DNA from: Bilabrum cf. latius
Taxonomy: Eukaryota
Direction: 5' to 3'
DNA length: 64,000 bases
NCBI GenBank assembly: GCA_965178125.1
Contig: OZ237772.1
Coordinates: 310,001 to 374,000, forward strand
Positions 1 to 16,330 of the stretch are shown one piece after another. Numbering within the stretch: the first letter of the stretch is position 1; the number at the start of each line of letters is the position of its first letter. The translations under genes and the position numbers were made by a program. The notes under the pieces are model-generated. The model was not told where the DNA came from and ran no database searches. It saw only the letters and a program-made list of their open reading frames with translations.

Positions 1-509
1 TGCGCACTAGCACGCGTATGCTGCACCTAACTCTGAGGTGAAACATCAGGGTTGACTGCAGCAGCGATGCTAGTTTTCCTTGCTGCTTCACCGCTGGTCT
101 ATGTCTCCATCCTTGCACGCACTGCTGCCAACGCAGCAGGCCACATGCCACAGAACAACACCAACAAGTGTCCAGACGGGTCAAAAACCCATCCAGATGG
201 ATTATTCAAACGCTATATGTGCTTGATCCAGCGCACAGTTGGGGCTAATACCAAAAAGCTGCCGATCGAGGCCGTAATGTCGTCGCTGGTTATGTTGCCG
301 CAAGCAGGCAGCGACGCTAGTATCCATGGCAACGGGCCAAAGAGTCCGGTAAACCTGCCGATTAGTAATGCCGCGCTCCAACCGACGTTTGATTCGAACG
401 AGGCTTGAGAGAATACTCGAAGCACAGACAGCGAAAGTGCAACCGCCGGGAAGATCAACCCAAACTGCCCTTTATACGCCAGCATTGTACGCCACGCCGC
501 GCTCAACAA
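1..509 (-). CDS. FIT/Scs3-family (fat storage-inducing transmembrane) -like protein, 3' partial; 5' end uncertain (possible first exon near 562-585)
   Basis: ORF 213..509 continues through TAG (213-215) into ...NNPSGWVFDPSGHLLVLFCGMW..., which resembles the FIT-family D[IP]SGH motif. Hydrophobic segments are present and the frame runs off the left edge. Confidence 0.5.
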
Positions 510-663
510 CTAAACAGGATATTTTACTGTGTACTCATAGTAAAGGTCCCGGTCAACAAACACTTAGCAGTGTGATAGATGACATTTGATTGCTGTCGTC
601 ACAGCTGCCACTAGCACGCCGCGACTTTGTTGCAGCCTGGCGCAAACTAGTGAGCAAGCAAGC

Positions 664-2407
664 ATGGCTGCACGGATGCGACCGGACTATGACGATGATT
701 TCTTCGGGTCGATGAGTGATGACGATGAAACAAGTGGGAAAGGCGATCTTTGGGGCGCAGATCGCGACAGGCAGGCGGCCACCGCTTCTGCAACCAAGGC
801 AGCGTACAGAGAAGCAGCCGGTAATGCGAAAGAAAATGGAACCCAAGACGGATTTAATCAAGGATTCTCATCGGGTATGCGTATGGGCTTTGCTCGCGGT
901 TTCGTACACCAAGCAGCGGTGTGAGAACAAGACGTGGCATTCGTGCAATCGAAAGAAGCATGCCTAGCGAGTTTGAAGTTTGAACAACGTTTCCTGATGT
1001 TCCAACTTGCGCAGATCTATGGCGCTTGCGTTGCGAGAAAGGCGACACTTGCATCCGTTGGCCATCGGGAGGGCGACCGAGCAGCTGCGGGCGCTCATGC
1101 TCGCCACTGCAACGAAGCACCGGTTGGGCACAGAAAGATACCCAGCAGCGGAACACGCCGTGCAATCTCTCATGAAACGATCAGCCCGACCCCCAATGAA
1201 CCTCATTGCGGAGGAAAGGAGGAAAACTGACGCGAAGAGGGAGGCAGCCGCGCTGGCGGGGGAGCAGGACTTCAGCCGGTGCACCGAGGTCGAGGCGGCC
1301 CGACTGGTTCATGAAGGTTCGCTGAAGCGTCTCCGCCAGGTCGCCGAGATGCACATGGAAGCAGTGGAGGAGATGGAGCGACCCGCTGAATCGGTGGCGG
1401 GTGGCGACGGCGCGGAGGCTGTCACCGGGAGTGGCGCACATGCGGCTGCTGGCGATACTGACTCGGCTGGTGCTGCTGCTGCAGATGGCTAGGCAGTGGG
1501 GGGCGCCAGTGGTGGTGCCGATAGTAGTGTGACGAGTGGAGCGGGGGAGGGTCTGGCAGCTCGGAGGGCGGCGAGACGACGGAAAGGGAGGGGTGGCGGG
1601 GCGGTTGCAACCGACGGTTCCGCTGGCGGCGCCGCCGGGCAGGCTACCCTGTCTCTGGATGGGGGTGCGGCGGCCGAGCCGTCAGACCCGGCACAAAGCA
1701 ACCCGCGTGGAAGTGCCAGTGGCAGTGCAGCAGCAGGTACTGCTGATTCTGATTCTACCGGCAAAGATGGGGATACATCGGTTAGTGCAGATGCAGCAAG
1801 TGCAGCTGAAACGGAATTGGCAGTGCCAGCCTCCAGGGTGGAAGCACTGGTCCAGCGGGTCGGTGCGCGGCGCCGCAACGCTGGACCTGCGGAACCAAGC
1901 GACCCACTCCTCCCTGCCCGGCTCGCCGGACTCCTCGCTTCAATACTGCAGCGGCTAGCGGGCGAATTGGTGGAAGACGGGGGCAAAGAGGATGTGTAGA
2001 AGGAGGTGGGTCTAGGGGAGGCCCGTGGTGGGGCAGGGGCTGGAAGTGGGGCAGGGGTCGGGGAGGGGGCAGGGGCTGATTCTAGCACCGACGTGCGGAG
2101 CGGGCGGCTTGCGCTGGCATCCGTACTTGTGCGAGCAGTTGGCTCGCTCGACATGCAGGGTGCACTGCGCGATAGTGCGAGCGGGGCGGGGGCTGGCGGT
2201 CGAGTGGCAGGGGCTGCTGGTGATGCCGCGTAGTCCAGCGGAGAAGCTGATGCAGAAGAAGAACATGAGTAGGCCAGTGAAGGGAATGCCCCAGTGGACC
2301 GTGCAGTCCCTGTGTTCGGGCTCGGGGACGTGCGGGCGTGGGGGGTGGGGGGTCGCATCGTGGGCGAACAGGGCGCGGGGGACAAAAAAACGCGTGAGGG
2401 GTGGTAA
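664..2407 (+). CDS. Yae1_N (GxxxG repeat) domain protein with long low-complexity tail; join(664..920,1015..2407)
   Basis: QDGFNQGFSSGMRMGFARG is a Yae1/Lto1-type GX3 repeat. The GTGAGA...GCAG intron 921..1014 joins the frames exactly. ORFs 1007-1492, 1496-1999 and 2006-2233 are one frame separated only by TAG, ending at TAA 2405-2407. Confidence 0.6.
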
Positions 2408-2538
2408 ATTTCGCGCTTAACTTCAACCGGCACCATGCGAATAATGTCGAATTGCGGGGCTGCAGCATCCCAGACATGGGTAGATATAAGGTTGGTATCG
2501 AACAACCACTTGTCTATTCACTGCACGAAAGATAAAGC

Positions 2539-2736
2539 TCAGTTCGTCTCCGCATCACCGCCGGCCTCGTCGGCCTTCCCTGCCTCAGGATCCGAGTAGA
2601 ACATTGGCAACATGCTATGCCTAGTAGCTGGAGGCACAGCGGGCCAAGCAGCCCACACAGCAAAGACCAGCGCGGGCACGGCCCAGCGACCAGCTGCAAT
2701 GTTTGTAAGAAATGCAGCATTAGAGAGCAAAAACAT
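2539..2736 (-). CDS. Small single-pass membrane protein, possibly cytochrome bc1 subunit QCR10-like
   Basis: 65 aa, MFLLSNAAFLTNIAAGRWAVPALVFAVWAAWP..., with one TM helix and a TGA stop. The resemblance to QCR10 is from memory only. Confidence 0.4.
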   Translation of the reverse strand: MFLLSNAAFLTNIAAGRWAVPALVFAVWAAWPAVPPATRHSMLPMFYSDPEAGKADEAGGDAETN

Positions 2737-3100
2737 GATTTGCAGTTGCACTACGCATGTTTAATCTTGCAGCATGCACAGCACAATTCAAATCGAACAA
2801 CCTATCAATCCATAGTTGTTGATGGGTGCGCGATGCAGACGCACCAACTGGACTGCCCAAGCCTCAAGTAAATGTCAACTCACCACGTCCGGCCCAATGT
2901 CCGGCAAATCGGATAGAGTTAAGCGCCATTCTATCTCCGAAGTCTACCTTGAATCAGAGTTTTGTCCGGACCAGCACCTCTCGTACTTTTTGTTCGATAT
3001 TTCGGATGTACACCGTACTTAACACAAATGTGACGAGTCCGACATCCACGGGCCTTCCGTGCACGTGTGTGGGCTCAGTAGGCTCCACTAGATCCTTACC

Positions 3101-6100
3101 ATGCAATTTTATGGACTATTACAGATATTAATAGCATGCTTGCTGTCATCTATCGCGTGGGCCAGCTCTGAACCCGTGGAATAGCCGTAGGAGGCGTCGC
3201 AGTTCGTGTTTATTGGATCGAACGGCAACTTGGCACACCGATACGTCTGGCCCGCTCTGTTTCGCATTTGGTCCGTGCAAGGTCCGGAGTATTTCTAGGT
3301 AGTAGCAGTTGTACGGCGTCAAAGGGACGTGGAATCTCTCAAGGAGAAAATATCTTAGAATCACCAGTGCACCGATGACGACAGCGATGCTGGTGATTTC
3401 ATCGCAACAGGGCTACCTGCCGGGTGCAGCAGGCGAGCAGCCCAGTTTGCCTCGGCTGTACGTGTTGTGGTTGCGAGAGACCCCGATGCAGACTATTTCG
3501 ATGTCGCCAACGCGCTCGGGCCACAGGTGGGGGATCTCGAATCGACAGCAAACCACGGCACTCCATCCCCTTTGCCTGTCGGAAACCGGATTTTCTACGT
3601 TGCAACACCACCCTCTGCCTTTGCAAGCGTGGCAGCCGGCCTGCACAAGCACTGTGTGGGACCCGGAGCCGTTCCCGCCTCGATCGCGCGCTCCAGCAAG
3701 CTCGTGCTAGAGAAGCCCATTGGGAGGGATCGGAGCAGCGCAGAGGCCCTTCTGGGAGGGCTCAGGGAACAGTGGGGCGAGGGGAACGTCCTCCTCATGG
3801 ACCACTTCCTCGGGAAGCGAGGCGCACAGATGATACCCGCTGCGAGAGCAGCAGCGGGGGAGGGACTGAGGTCATTTGCCTGGGACTGGATCAACCTCAA
3901 GGCGGTGGACGTTCTGGTGACCGAAACAGATCCGTTGAGCCCAGAGCGGGCGGACACGTACGCTGAGCTCGGCGTCGTACGGGACGTGATGCAGTCGCAC
4001 GCTACCCAGCTGGCGTCCCTGGTTCTCGGTCCGCTCTCGACCGGCTCAGCCGACAAGAGCCGCATTGACCACCCCACCGGTCGCAAGAGCGACTCCAAGG
4101 CGCACCCCACTGACAGTGCAGCAGGCTACCTCAAGCAGTACAAGAAGCCCGCCGGGGTGGTAAGTAGCGTGCGGATTGGAGATGTCGGATCCGCCAGCGT
4201 CCCTTCCGACGCGAGGACGCGCGTCGCTCTCGGGTTCGAACCCGCGCGCGGTGCCGGCAGGCACAAGCGCTCTCTTGTGCTTGGCCGGCACTACGATGCT
4301 GACGAGTGCGACACGCAGGGGGTGTCCTCGTCCTCCTCGGCTGGATCGCGGGCACTGAACGGCACGACGTGCGCCATCAAGGGCGGGGGCAACGGCGATG
4401 ATTCTGGCTCCGAATCCAGCAGGTCACGCACCCCTACGGCCGCCCGCGCGAGCATGATGCTGCACGTGGGTCTGCAGGCGCTCTCCGGCAGCGAAGGTTC
4501 CTCGCAGGGTTCGCTGGTCGTCCCGCCACTCCCCTCCCCGGAGCGTCTGGTGCAGGACCCCATGCTCGTGGGTGTACCCATGGCAGTTGTGGCCGGCAAG
4601 GGCCTGGGAAAGCGGGTGGCAGCCGTCCGCCTGCACACCCAGCACGGCGGCAGGGTCACCTTTGTTGTCCAGGGAACAATGCCGGTGGTGGCACCGGTGC
4701 CCGAGGGGGTGCTCCTGCGGGCGGCCGAATCGGCGCTGAGGGCCGCAGCGGGCCTGGCGAACTCTGACGAACCTTCCCTGGACCAGGTGCTGGAGTCGTG
4801 CTCGCAGGACGCTTTCAGCGGCCTGCCCGCGTGGAGGCCAGAGGGGGTGTACGCGAGCGAGGGAACAAGCGACGGCGATGGCACGGGTGCCGCAGGGGCA
4901 GCGGCGTATCGCGGCACGCTGACGAACGCAGGGCGCGTGCGGTTCGCCTTCGAGGCGTGGGCACTGGAGGTTGCAACCGGTACGCCGGGTCCAGGGAACA
5001 ACGTGACGTACCCCACGGCGGAGGAGGACGTGGCCCGTGCTGCCGCGGAGGCCGTGCGGCACGCAGCCATGAGTGCCCAGCTCGGCGTGGAGCTGGTGGA
5101 GGTACACGGCCCCGCCTTCATCGTGGAGCGGCCAGTCGAGCGGAAGCTGCAGATCCCCAGGCCAGCAGGCGTGCCCTCGGGGATGCGACTGGCGATCGGG
5201 TGGGACGAACCGAACCCGTAGGTGCTCGTCGCAGTGATGGACCCCTCCTCGATCCCAGGGAACAGTCCAGGGAACAGCCCAGGGAACAAGGGGGCGCAGC
5301 TCGAGGGCGCCATCGCCAGGCTAGAGGCAAGCGGCAGCTCCGTGGCCGCATACGCGCGCGTCCTACACGCCGCCCTCACCCCCGACACGGCCGATGACGC
5401 GCAGCTCTTCGCCTCACCACTCGAGGTGCTGGCTGCATGGCGGGCTTGGGACCCAGTGGTGCAGCGAGCGGAGGGGACCGGGCCTTTCGCCAGGGCAGCG
5501 CGGCTGGAGGCCGCTCGCCTTGCACGGCTGTCTTCTGCTGCCGCTGCCGCTGCCGCTGCTGTTCCTCAGGGAACAACCAACGCCACGGATGTGTTCCCTG
5601 GAAGTTCCGGCTCCGAGTCCTCCGTGGTGGACGAGGCCCTGATCGAGGAGCAGCGCGAGGAGGCCGATAGGCTTGCCATGGCGAGGGAGGTGATCGAGGG
5701 GCTGACCCCGCAGCAGAAGAAGAGCTTCGGGGCTGTGGCGGAGGAGGCCGAGGCCGACATGGGAGACTCCCGTGTGACGAGTGGGATCTCGCTCCCGAGC
5801 GCGCACAGCGACGTGGATGCCACGAAGGTGCTTCCTCCGGTACGGCTGTACAGGCCCGGCGAGACCGACTGGTTGGGTCTGGACGGCCCCGCGATGTGGG
5901 TGCGGTGTGACGATAACCAGTGTTCCCTGGATTCGATGGCCGTGGGTGACGCCGCCAAGGCGGGCATGCTGCCCCCCATGGCTCGGGAGGCTGCACTGCA
6001 GCGCCAGGAGCTGCTGAGGCAGGGCAAGCGGCCCCTCAAGGCCTCCTCGGGGCCCTCCACCGTGGACCGGCTGTATGACCTGATGGAGGAGGAGGCCAAG

Positions 6101-6277
6101 GAGATGTGCGTGGGGGTGGATGGAGTTGCACGGCATTGCGGCGCGTGGATGCAGGGAGCCATGGAAGACGCGGCCAGGAAGATGAAGATGAAGAACAACA
6201 AGTCGGAGTTGGAGAAGGAGAAAGTGGGAGGGTCCGGAGGGGGGAGGAGGCAGCGGCCGAGGAGCCAGGCAAGCTGA
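3101..6277 (+). CDS. H6PD: Glucose-6-phosphate dehydrogenase family, ER-luminal H6PD type with signal peptide (~1058 aa)
   Basis: With TAG=sense there is one frame from ATG 3101. It contains signal peptide MQFYGLLQILIACLLSSIAWA, Rossmann motif FVFIGSNGNLAHRYVWPALF, RIFYVATPP, LEKPIGRD, DHFLGK, GVVRDVMQSH and C-terminal AYARVL...EVLAAWRAWDP. In-frame TAGs are at 3182, 3188, 3296, 3356 and 5219; the stop is TGA. Confidence 0.85.
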
Positions 6278-6712
6278 TAGTGGTAGTGGTGGTGGTGATG
6301 GTGGTGGTGGTGATGGTGATGCGAATGATGTGCAGTGGGTACGTCCCTCTGCTGCGGCTGGAGCGACCATGTGGACCACTCCCCTTCCCGCCCCCTCGTA
6401 TTCAGCCAGTGATTTCCCAGCGCTGTGCGGTCGCCAGAAGTTGCTGCTACTGCTGCTGCTGTCCGATTCGGAGCGAATGGTGCGTCAGGATCGGATCGGA
6501 TCAGGTGCCCGCTGCTCGTGTTTGCTATCTGCACTTTCCTGCGGGAAATGCAATATCAACGTTATTGGAAGGCCACCGGCATGCATACGTATTTGAGCAA
6601 AGCGGGTTGACGCACAGGCCAAAACGTCGACAACATCCGTGGTGACGCATGTCAAATCCGGAGCCACGCACCGTCCGCCATCACTTGTCCCTCCCCATCC
6701 ACTCTAATCAAC

Positions 6713-9511
<2,799 letters not shown>

Positions 9512-9851
9512 ACTACTCTCATAGGTGTGTTGTTTATCGCCCGCACCAGACCAATCGCGAATCGCAATCTATTCTTCAGCGGAACTCATACGCGCGGCGC
9601 CAAAAGTGAAACTCTAGGTGACGGTTTACAATCGTGAGCGACCCAGCGGCGTACCCACTCATTACCCACTTCAATCGAAGCTAGCGCAATCTTCGATACG
9701 AACACATTTCTTAACACTAAGGAGCTGCCTCGAATTTCCACCAGATTGACACGAACCTGGCATTGCGTCGATTGAATCCACCCATCGACATCGACCGCTG
9801 GATTCTTCAAGCAATAGTTGACTAGTGACTGCCAATCACAGTAGCTTTGAC

Positions 9852-11693
9852 ATGTACGGAAGACAAAGACATAGGTCTGGAAGGCGAACCGAGGGGGCCT
9901 CCCAGGGCAGGGGGCAGGCGCCACCTCCGAATTCCAGCGGCACTGCCGCTGCCGTAGCATCAAACCTGCAGCAGCAGGTGCACTTGCTCGAGCTGGAAAT
10001 CCACGCTAGAAGGAAGGAAGCAGCGGAGCAGGAACGCAATCGCAAGGCGGAAGAGGCCATTCTGCACGCGGGGAGAGACACGCAGCCGCCGCCGCTGCCG
10101 CCCCAGTCCTCCCGATTCGCAGCTCGCTCCGCGCTGGGCCGTCACGCAGCGGCCCAGCACGCATCAGGCAGGAAATCAGTGCAGATGCAGTATGAATCGA
10201 GCAGGCCAGGAACCACCCACCGATCTGCCCCGACCACTTCCTCCATTCGAGGCGGTGTCCGCAGCAGCAAGCCGGCAGAAGAAGGGAGCGAACGCCTAGA
10301 GACCGAGCACGGAGCAGGTGCCCGGGGGCAGGCGAGCGCCCGAGCAAGCGGACCAGTCCCCACCGACTACGACCACGCCGGCAGCGGTGCAGCTGCCGCG
10401 GGTGGCTTCGACGGCGGCATGGGTGTGACGAGTGGCCCCGAGGAGGGCCTTGACGACGACGAGCTGCTCCTCGCATTCCGCCGCCGGCTCCGCAGGCAGC
10501 AGGACGCTGCGAGGCGGGCAGAGGCGGAGTCGCAGCGCCGTGAGGCATTCCTCCGGAGGCAATCGGAGGTGCAGGGGGCCGTGGCGGCTCAGCTGCGACA
10601 GGAGCTCAGGCGGCAGGCAGACCTGCACGAGGAGCAGAGGAGGTCCTGGGCGGCTGCAAGGGAGGACGCTGAGCTCCGGGCCAGGCGGGCGGCGGCCGCG
10701 GCATCTCGCGCCACGGACGGCCGCAAGAGGAGCGAGGACCGTGCCAAGGAGGAGGAGCAGGCGCTCCGATCGGATGTTGAGGCATTGCAGGCCCGACTCA
10801 GGGAACAAGTCGCGGCCAGGGCGGCGGCGGACGATGCTGCGGAACAGGCCTCCGGCGCCGCGCAAGAGGCCTCGAGGGCGAGTGCGGCCGCAGAGAGCCG
10901 AGCGGATGACGAGCGGCGCCGCGCATTGGACGCGCGTGCGGAACTAGACCGCGCGCAGCAGGCCGCGCGGGGATACCAGGAGGAGGCAGCCAAGGCCGAG
11001 GGGCGAGCACAGGCTGCAGAGGCCGCGCAGGCAGCGGGGGAGAGAACAATCGCGGAACTTTCCGCGAAATTGCGAGAGGCGGGCGAGCGTGAGTCTAGGC
11101 TTCGCTCTGAGCTATCGGCGGTGCGGGAGCAGCTGCGTGAGGGCGAGGAGCGTTGCGACCAAGCGGGTAGGGAGGTGGTCGCGGCGAGGGAGGAGAGAGA
11201 CGATGCAGTCGGCCGCGCGGCTGATTCCGCAGAGGCTCGGCGGAGCGCGGAGGCTGCTGCAGCGCACTACCAGAGGCAGGAGCAGGAGGCGAGGCACAGG
11301 GCAGCGAACGCGGAGGCTGCTGCGGCGGCCGCTCGCCGGGACGCTGCAGCCGCACGTGCCGCCGCCGAAGATGATGCTAGTCGGCGGGCGGCCGCTGAAG
11401 GGGCAGCGGCGGAGGCGGCGGCAGCCGCAGAGGCGTCGGGAGCGGCGCTCGCAGCGGGGCGGGAGCGGGAGGCCAGGTTGCTGGAGCAGCTGCAGGAGAA
11501 GCAGTCGCAGCTGGGGGCTGTTCTTGGGCGGGGGAGCAACGGCGGGGGTTTTGGTGGAGTGACGAGTGATGGGGTGCCATTGGAAGGGGGTGGCATGGAT
11601 GCGTCCGGGCTGGAGGAAGACGAAGAAGAAGGGCACTCGCAGTAGCATGGGCGAGGCGCGGGCGGGTACCGGGACGAGGGTGGGGAGTACTGA
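9852..11693 (+). CDS. Long coiled-coil protein (Ala/Glu/Arg-rich), function unknown
   Basis: Heptad-like helical composition. ATG at 9852, reads through TAG 11643 to TGA 11691-11693. Confidence 0.7.
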
Positions 11694-11846
11694 GTTGGTG
11701 ACACGCAAATCATGAAGAATCATGCGGATAAGGGTCGCACCGCATCATCGTAGCCGCGCCTGGCACCTTGCACTCGTCATCGCACCAAATCTTGCAGTTG
11801 GCTGCCGGAGATCGAGCTTTCCACTTGTTCAAAAGGTCGTGATAGA

Positions 11847-13777
11847 ATGCGCGCACCAGTGGTAGCATTGATATTATTTGGTCTTACGCTATCCTATGTG
11901 CCAGTCTCATTTAGTGCGATCGTCCGACCTGTGCAACACGATGATGAGAGTGCTGCACAGCAGGGATCCTCGATGCCTCGGGATGAACAGGGCCAAGACA
12001 TTAATGTTTCAGATAAACCACAATTGGTGGCCTCTACAAAGGATACGATTCCATCCTTGAGTAGTCACACCTCAGCTAATGATGACGCAGATGGCGAAGC
12101 ATCTCACACGCAGCCGGAGCCGCAAGAGCATGCCATCCGGGGCAAGCACGAAGCAGGTGGATAGCAGGCTGCTACAGATAGTGTCTAGGTCATGCAAGGC
12201 AATCAAATAGATAGTGGCGCCAATGCCTCTGTCGTGATGAATACGGTTGCATCAGGCGAGCCATCGAGCGGGCAAGAGGTGCCAAGAGCAGGGACGCCCG
12301 CAGTGATGGCCCAATCAGAGCAGGATGCATCCGTGCTCGCACCACTGCCGCCGTGCAGATATGCATCCGCTGCACCAGTCCTTTGGACCGATCTAGGAAT
12401 TGCTTCCGGCGGTGCTGTTCCGCTGTGGGGCGGCGATGGCGACTGCGGGACAGTGCCACAAGACGGAGTAGCAGAGCCACTTGACGCAGACACCGATAGT
12501 CACCAATCCTCCAGTGGCAATGCGCACGCCGAGGCGAATGCTGAGGCAGAGGACCGTACCATCACCACCACCACTGCCACCGCCACCGCCGCCGCCACCG
12601 CCGCCGCCACCGCGACCGCATTCTACAGGTCGGTCCAGACGTGGCTAGATGGAGTCAAGGCGGGACGGAGGGGACCTCCCATTGGTAGCGTGCACTTTGG
12701 ATCCGAACATGACGCGCCTGCCACGGGCCAGATAGACGTGCCCGGCATGCCCCCGGGAGGCTTCGCGGTGTTCCCTGCCAGCTCCCCCTCGTGGCAGGGT
12801 GACCAGCGGGGGGCTGCGCCAGCGAGCGTTGACGCCGGCGCCGCGCCATTGCCGCCGTCGGTTCCGCTGTTGTGGTCGCTCAGGGAACAGATGGCGTTGT
12901 ACCGGAGAGTGTTGGTCGTCAGGGTGAGCTGCCTTGGAGATGCACCCACCGCGCTTCTTGAGGAGGCATTGGCTCCCGATCGGAGCAAGGGCATGCTGGT
13001 GCTGCTGCCCCCCAAGGCGGCATGGAGCGAGGAGACTCGAGGGGGTTGGCGCCGCGCACTGCGGAACTTCGAGGTGTACATGCTGCGTCGCGCCGTTCCC
13101 GTGCCGGTGTTCTTTGCTCTCGAAGAGCCGTCTGGGCAGGCCGCGCGACTGCATCGCGAGGCGTACGACGGTTGGGAGTGCCGTCGCACGGATGGACAAG
13201 GCACTGATGGTAGCGTCTCGTGTGACGAGTGGAGCGCATGCCCGGCGACCCCCCCTGCAGACCTAACGGTGGCTGCTTCAAGCGCGGACCGGGCCGGGCA
13301 TGTCAACGGCGGCGACGATGCGCACTCATCACACGGCAGGGATCCATGGTACCTCCGGTGGCTGCCCGCCAACGACAGAAAGGCCGTCCGTCGCATGCTG
13401 GCCAACATCGGGGACGAGGCGGGGAGCGCGATGTCGCTGCGGATCCAGGGAACATGGAGCACGGGGGGCGTGGCGGGGTCGGCGATGGAGGCATCGGCGG
13501 CGGCGGGTGGGCAGGGCACAGCGGAGGGTGGGGCGCCTGCGGTGGGACCCGGGCAGGTGCACGGCACTGCAGACGACGATGGGCCCAGCGATGGATCCGG
13601 AGTAGATGCCGGGAGCGGAACGTAGGAAGCCGGCGCCGCGCAATCGACCCCGCGCCGGGGCAGGAAGCAGGCAGCCACACCCCCCCTGGCAGCCGTGGCA
13701 GTAGAGGCTAGGGTAGGCGCGGACATGTCCAGGAAAGGCGCGCTGGCGAGGAGGCTGACCCTCCTGGCACAGCAGGT

Positions 13778-13816
<39 letters not shown>

Positions 13817-16043
13817 TCAGCAGCAGCAGCAGCAGCAGGGCAGCGGAGGCACCAAGCAGCGCGCGCTTCCCCGCGCCCGCCCGGGGATCATCGTCCTGGG
13901 AGCGCAGGCCGACTGTGTGACGAGTGCGGCGGGTGTGGGCTCCTGCAGCAGCGCGGCCTCGGGGATCGCCACGTGGGCGGAGGGTCTCCGGGCCCTGGGT
14001 GTTCCGCTATTGCGCGGCGCCGGGGAGGATTCCGGTTCGTAGGACCGCAGTGAGAACACCCAGCGTGCCCCTCGGTCTCTTCTAGCGGTTGCAACCACCG
14101 GCGGCGCCGCTGGTTCCGCAGGGATGGGGGCGTGGGCCGGGCAGCTGTCCCCCAAGCTCTCTCGAAAGATCGAGATGGCGGTGATGCTCGGCGGCGTGGG
14201 GGTGGGCGGCGCTGGTCCGATGCTCGGCGAGGACATCTCTTCTGGATTGGACCTCGAGGGGGAGGGGTATGGCGGGGATGCAGCGCACGGTAGTGCAGCG
14301 GGCGCCAGCCAATGGTTTGGGGGCGTGATGCACGTGCACACTGCGCTGCCGTGCGATGCACCCTGGCTGCCGGAGGGTGTGGCGCGGGCGTGCGAGCTCT
14401 TGGATTTCCTGGCGCTCGCCGCCGGACTGCCCCTCAAGATGCACCGCACTGCGGTGCCTGTGGGCGGCATGGACAGCGAGGCAGGGCCCGGCACGGACGC
14501 CAGCTTCCGCCACCCGCACGTTGGCTTCGCTCTCCGGCGTGTGCCTGCCTTTACACTGGGATTCGAACCTGGGACTGCGTCCTTGGGAATCATCCGTAAT
14601 GTGACGAGTGCCTCAGCCGCCCTCGACTCGGGGTCAGGTGGGCTGGCCATGGGCTCAGGCGTCGAACCTGGCCAGGCTGGCATGCTGCATTGGAGACATC
14701 GGGTCCATCCACGTGGACTTGGACGCGATGCAGAGGATGCAGGAGATAGAAGCATTCCCGGCAGCTCGAACTCGATTGAAGATGACTCCTCTGCGGAACT
14801 GAGGCGCGGCGCCGTGGCAGCCGGGGACCAAGACGAGGCTTGGGGCATCCTCAAGGCGGAGCAGGCCAACCGGATGCACTATTCTCAGGCATAGCAGGTG
14901 CGCGGCGCCACGGATGTTCCGCTGGGGAACAGCGGCTAGTACCTGAGAGAGGCGCGGCAGATGCGAGTGGCCACACGCAAGTCACGGCCGCTGGCCCCCC
15001 TAATCGGCGCCGCGCAAATGGTTCCGCACCCCACCAGCCTCCTAGATTCCTGGGCCCTCCCCGCCCCCTAGCCACCGGCCCCTTTCGGACAACGTGCAGT
15101 CGACGGCTGCGAGCCGCCTCCGGAGGGTCGGGTGCACGACCCGGCGGCCCGGACCTTTGCCCTCGCCCGTTTCTCCCTAGCACTGACCCAGGCACTGCTT
15201 TGGGACGACGGAGAGCCGCTGCCCTGGGAACGTGCATTGCACTGTGGTGCGGCTAGGGGTGATCGTACTGGTGGCAGTGCGCTGCAGTCGTGGCTCTGGA
15301 GCACCGAGAGAGGTGGCAATAGTGCCGGTGTTCAGGGTCGCGGTGACTTGAACCTGCCCTTGGGGCACCCCTGGGGGTATGTCCCCGGGGTGGGGCTGAT
15401 GGCGGGCAGGTGGACGCCGGAGGTAAATACGACAGGCTTTGATGCTAGCGGCAATGGATCGTCGGCCGCAGGCGCGGTGAGGGGTGGTCAAAGTGGCAGC
15501 GTTGCCTGGATGCCACGAGCCTCAGATGGCGCAGTTGCCAACATGGACGCAAGCAGGACGCTCAACCTGACGAACCTCGCGGGCTGGCACCGAACGTTCC
15601 GCAGGTTCCCCAGGGATCCGGCGCTGCTGTCCGGGGAGCACCATCCGCTCATCCGATCCCTGTTCCGGGTTGCGACGAACTGCAGCGACGACGCGCGGGT
15701 GCGTCGGGTGGCCGTCGGGTCGGGCGTCTCTGCCCTGCACCCGGCTTTCCGAAATGCGTTCAAGTGGGACACCTTCACCTCCCCCGGGCTGCTGCCTACT
15801 CGAGGCGCCACCCGGGAGGAAGCGGCAGGCGTGCTAGGGAGGGCGGTTGCAACCGTTGAGGAGAGCCGAAGCATGGCCGCGGAGCTGGGCCTGGCAGTGG
15901 GGGCGGCGGCATGGGTGGGGGCTGTAGCTCTGCTGCTGACGGCTCTCGTCGTGCCCACGGGAGCGAGAGAGGCGGGTGCGGCCTGGGTGGATGAAGCTGT
16001 CACTGCTTTGCTAGCCCCGCCGAGGGCAAGCAAGTCTATTTGA
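11847..16043 (+). CDS. NCLN: Nicalin (M28-like fold, ER membrane), ~1398 aa with low-complexity insertions
   Basis: Signal peptide, then GMLVLLPP, FEVYMLRRAVPVPVFFALE, IIVLGAQAD, HVGFALRRVPAFTL (cf. nicalin HERFAIRRLPAFTL) and a C-terminal TM. Five ORF-track pieces are one frame joined by 7 TAGs (12162, 12186, 13623, 14040, 14892, 14937, 15069); the stop is TGA. Confidence 0.8.
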
Positions 16044-16330
16044 GTCTAAACCTTTGGGCAATCCAAGAGGAATGTTCATGTCGTGGTTTAGCAAGACGTT
16101 TCGCAATTCAACTACAATCCCGAATTGGTACGTTACCTAAACTTAGATCTATCCAAAATGGATTATTTAAGGTTATAAGCAAAACATGCATCCGTATGGA
16201 TTAAATAAACTCAGTTGGATTTTGTCCCAAAATCCATCCCTAAGCGGCCGGTTAGCTAACTTGACCACGATGAGGGAGCAAACGGATCCTTCCGTGCTAC
16301 CCTCACGTATCCCTCCACCGATCTGATGGA

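Noticed and set aside
16216-16236. 9-bp hairpin TGGATTTTG-tcc-CAAAATCCA in an AT-rich spacer between convergent genes
   Set aside because: It is a single short inverted repeat with no target-site duplication or second copy, which is too little to call a MITE or terminator.
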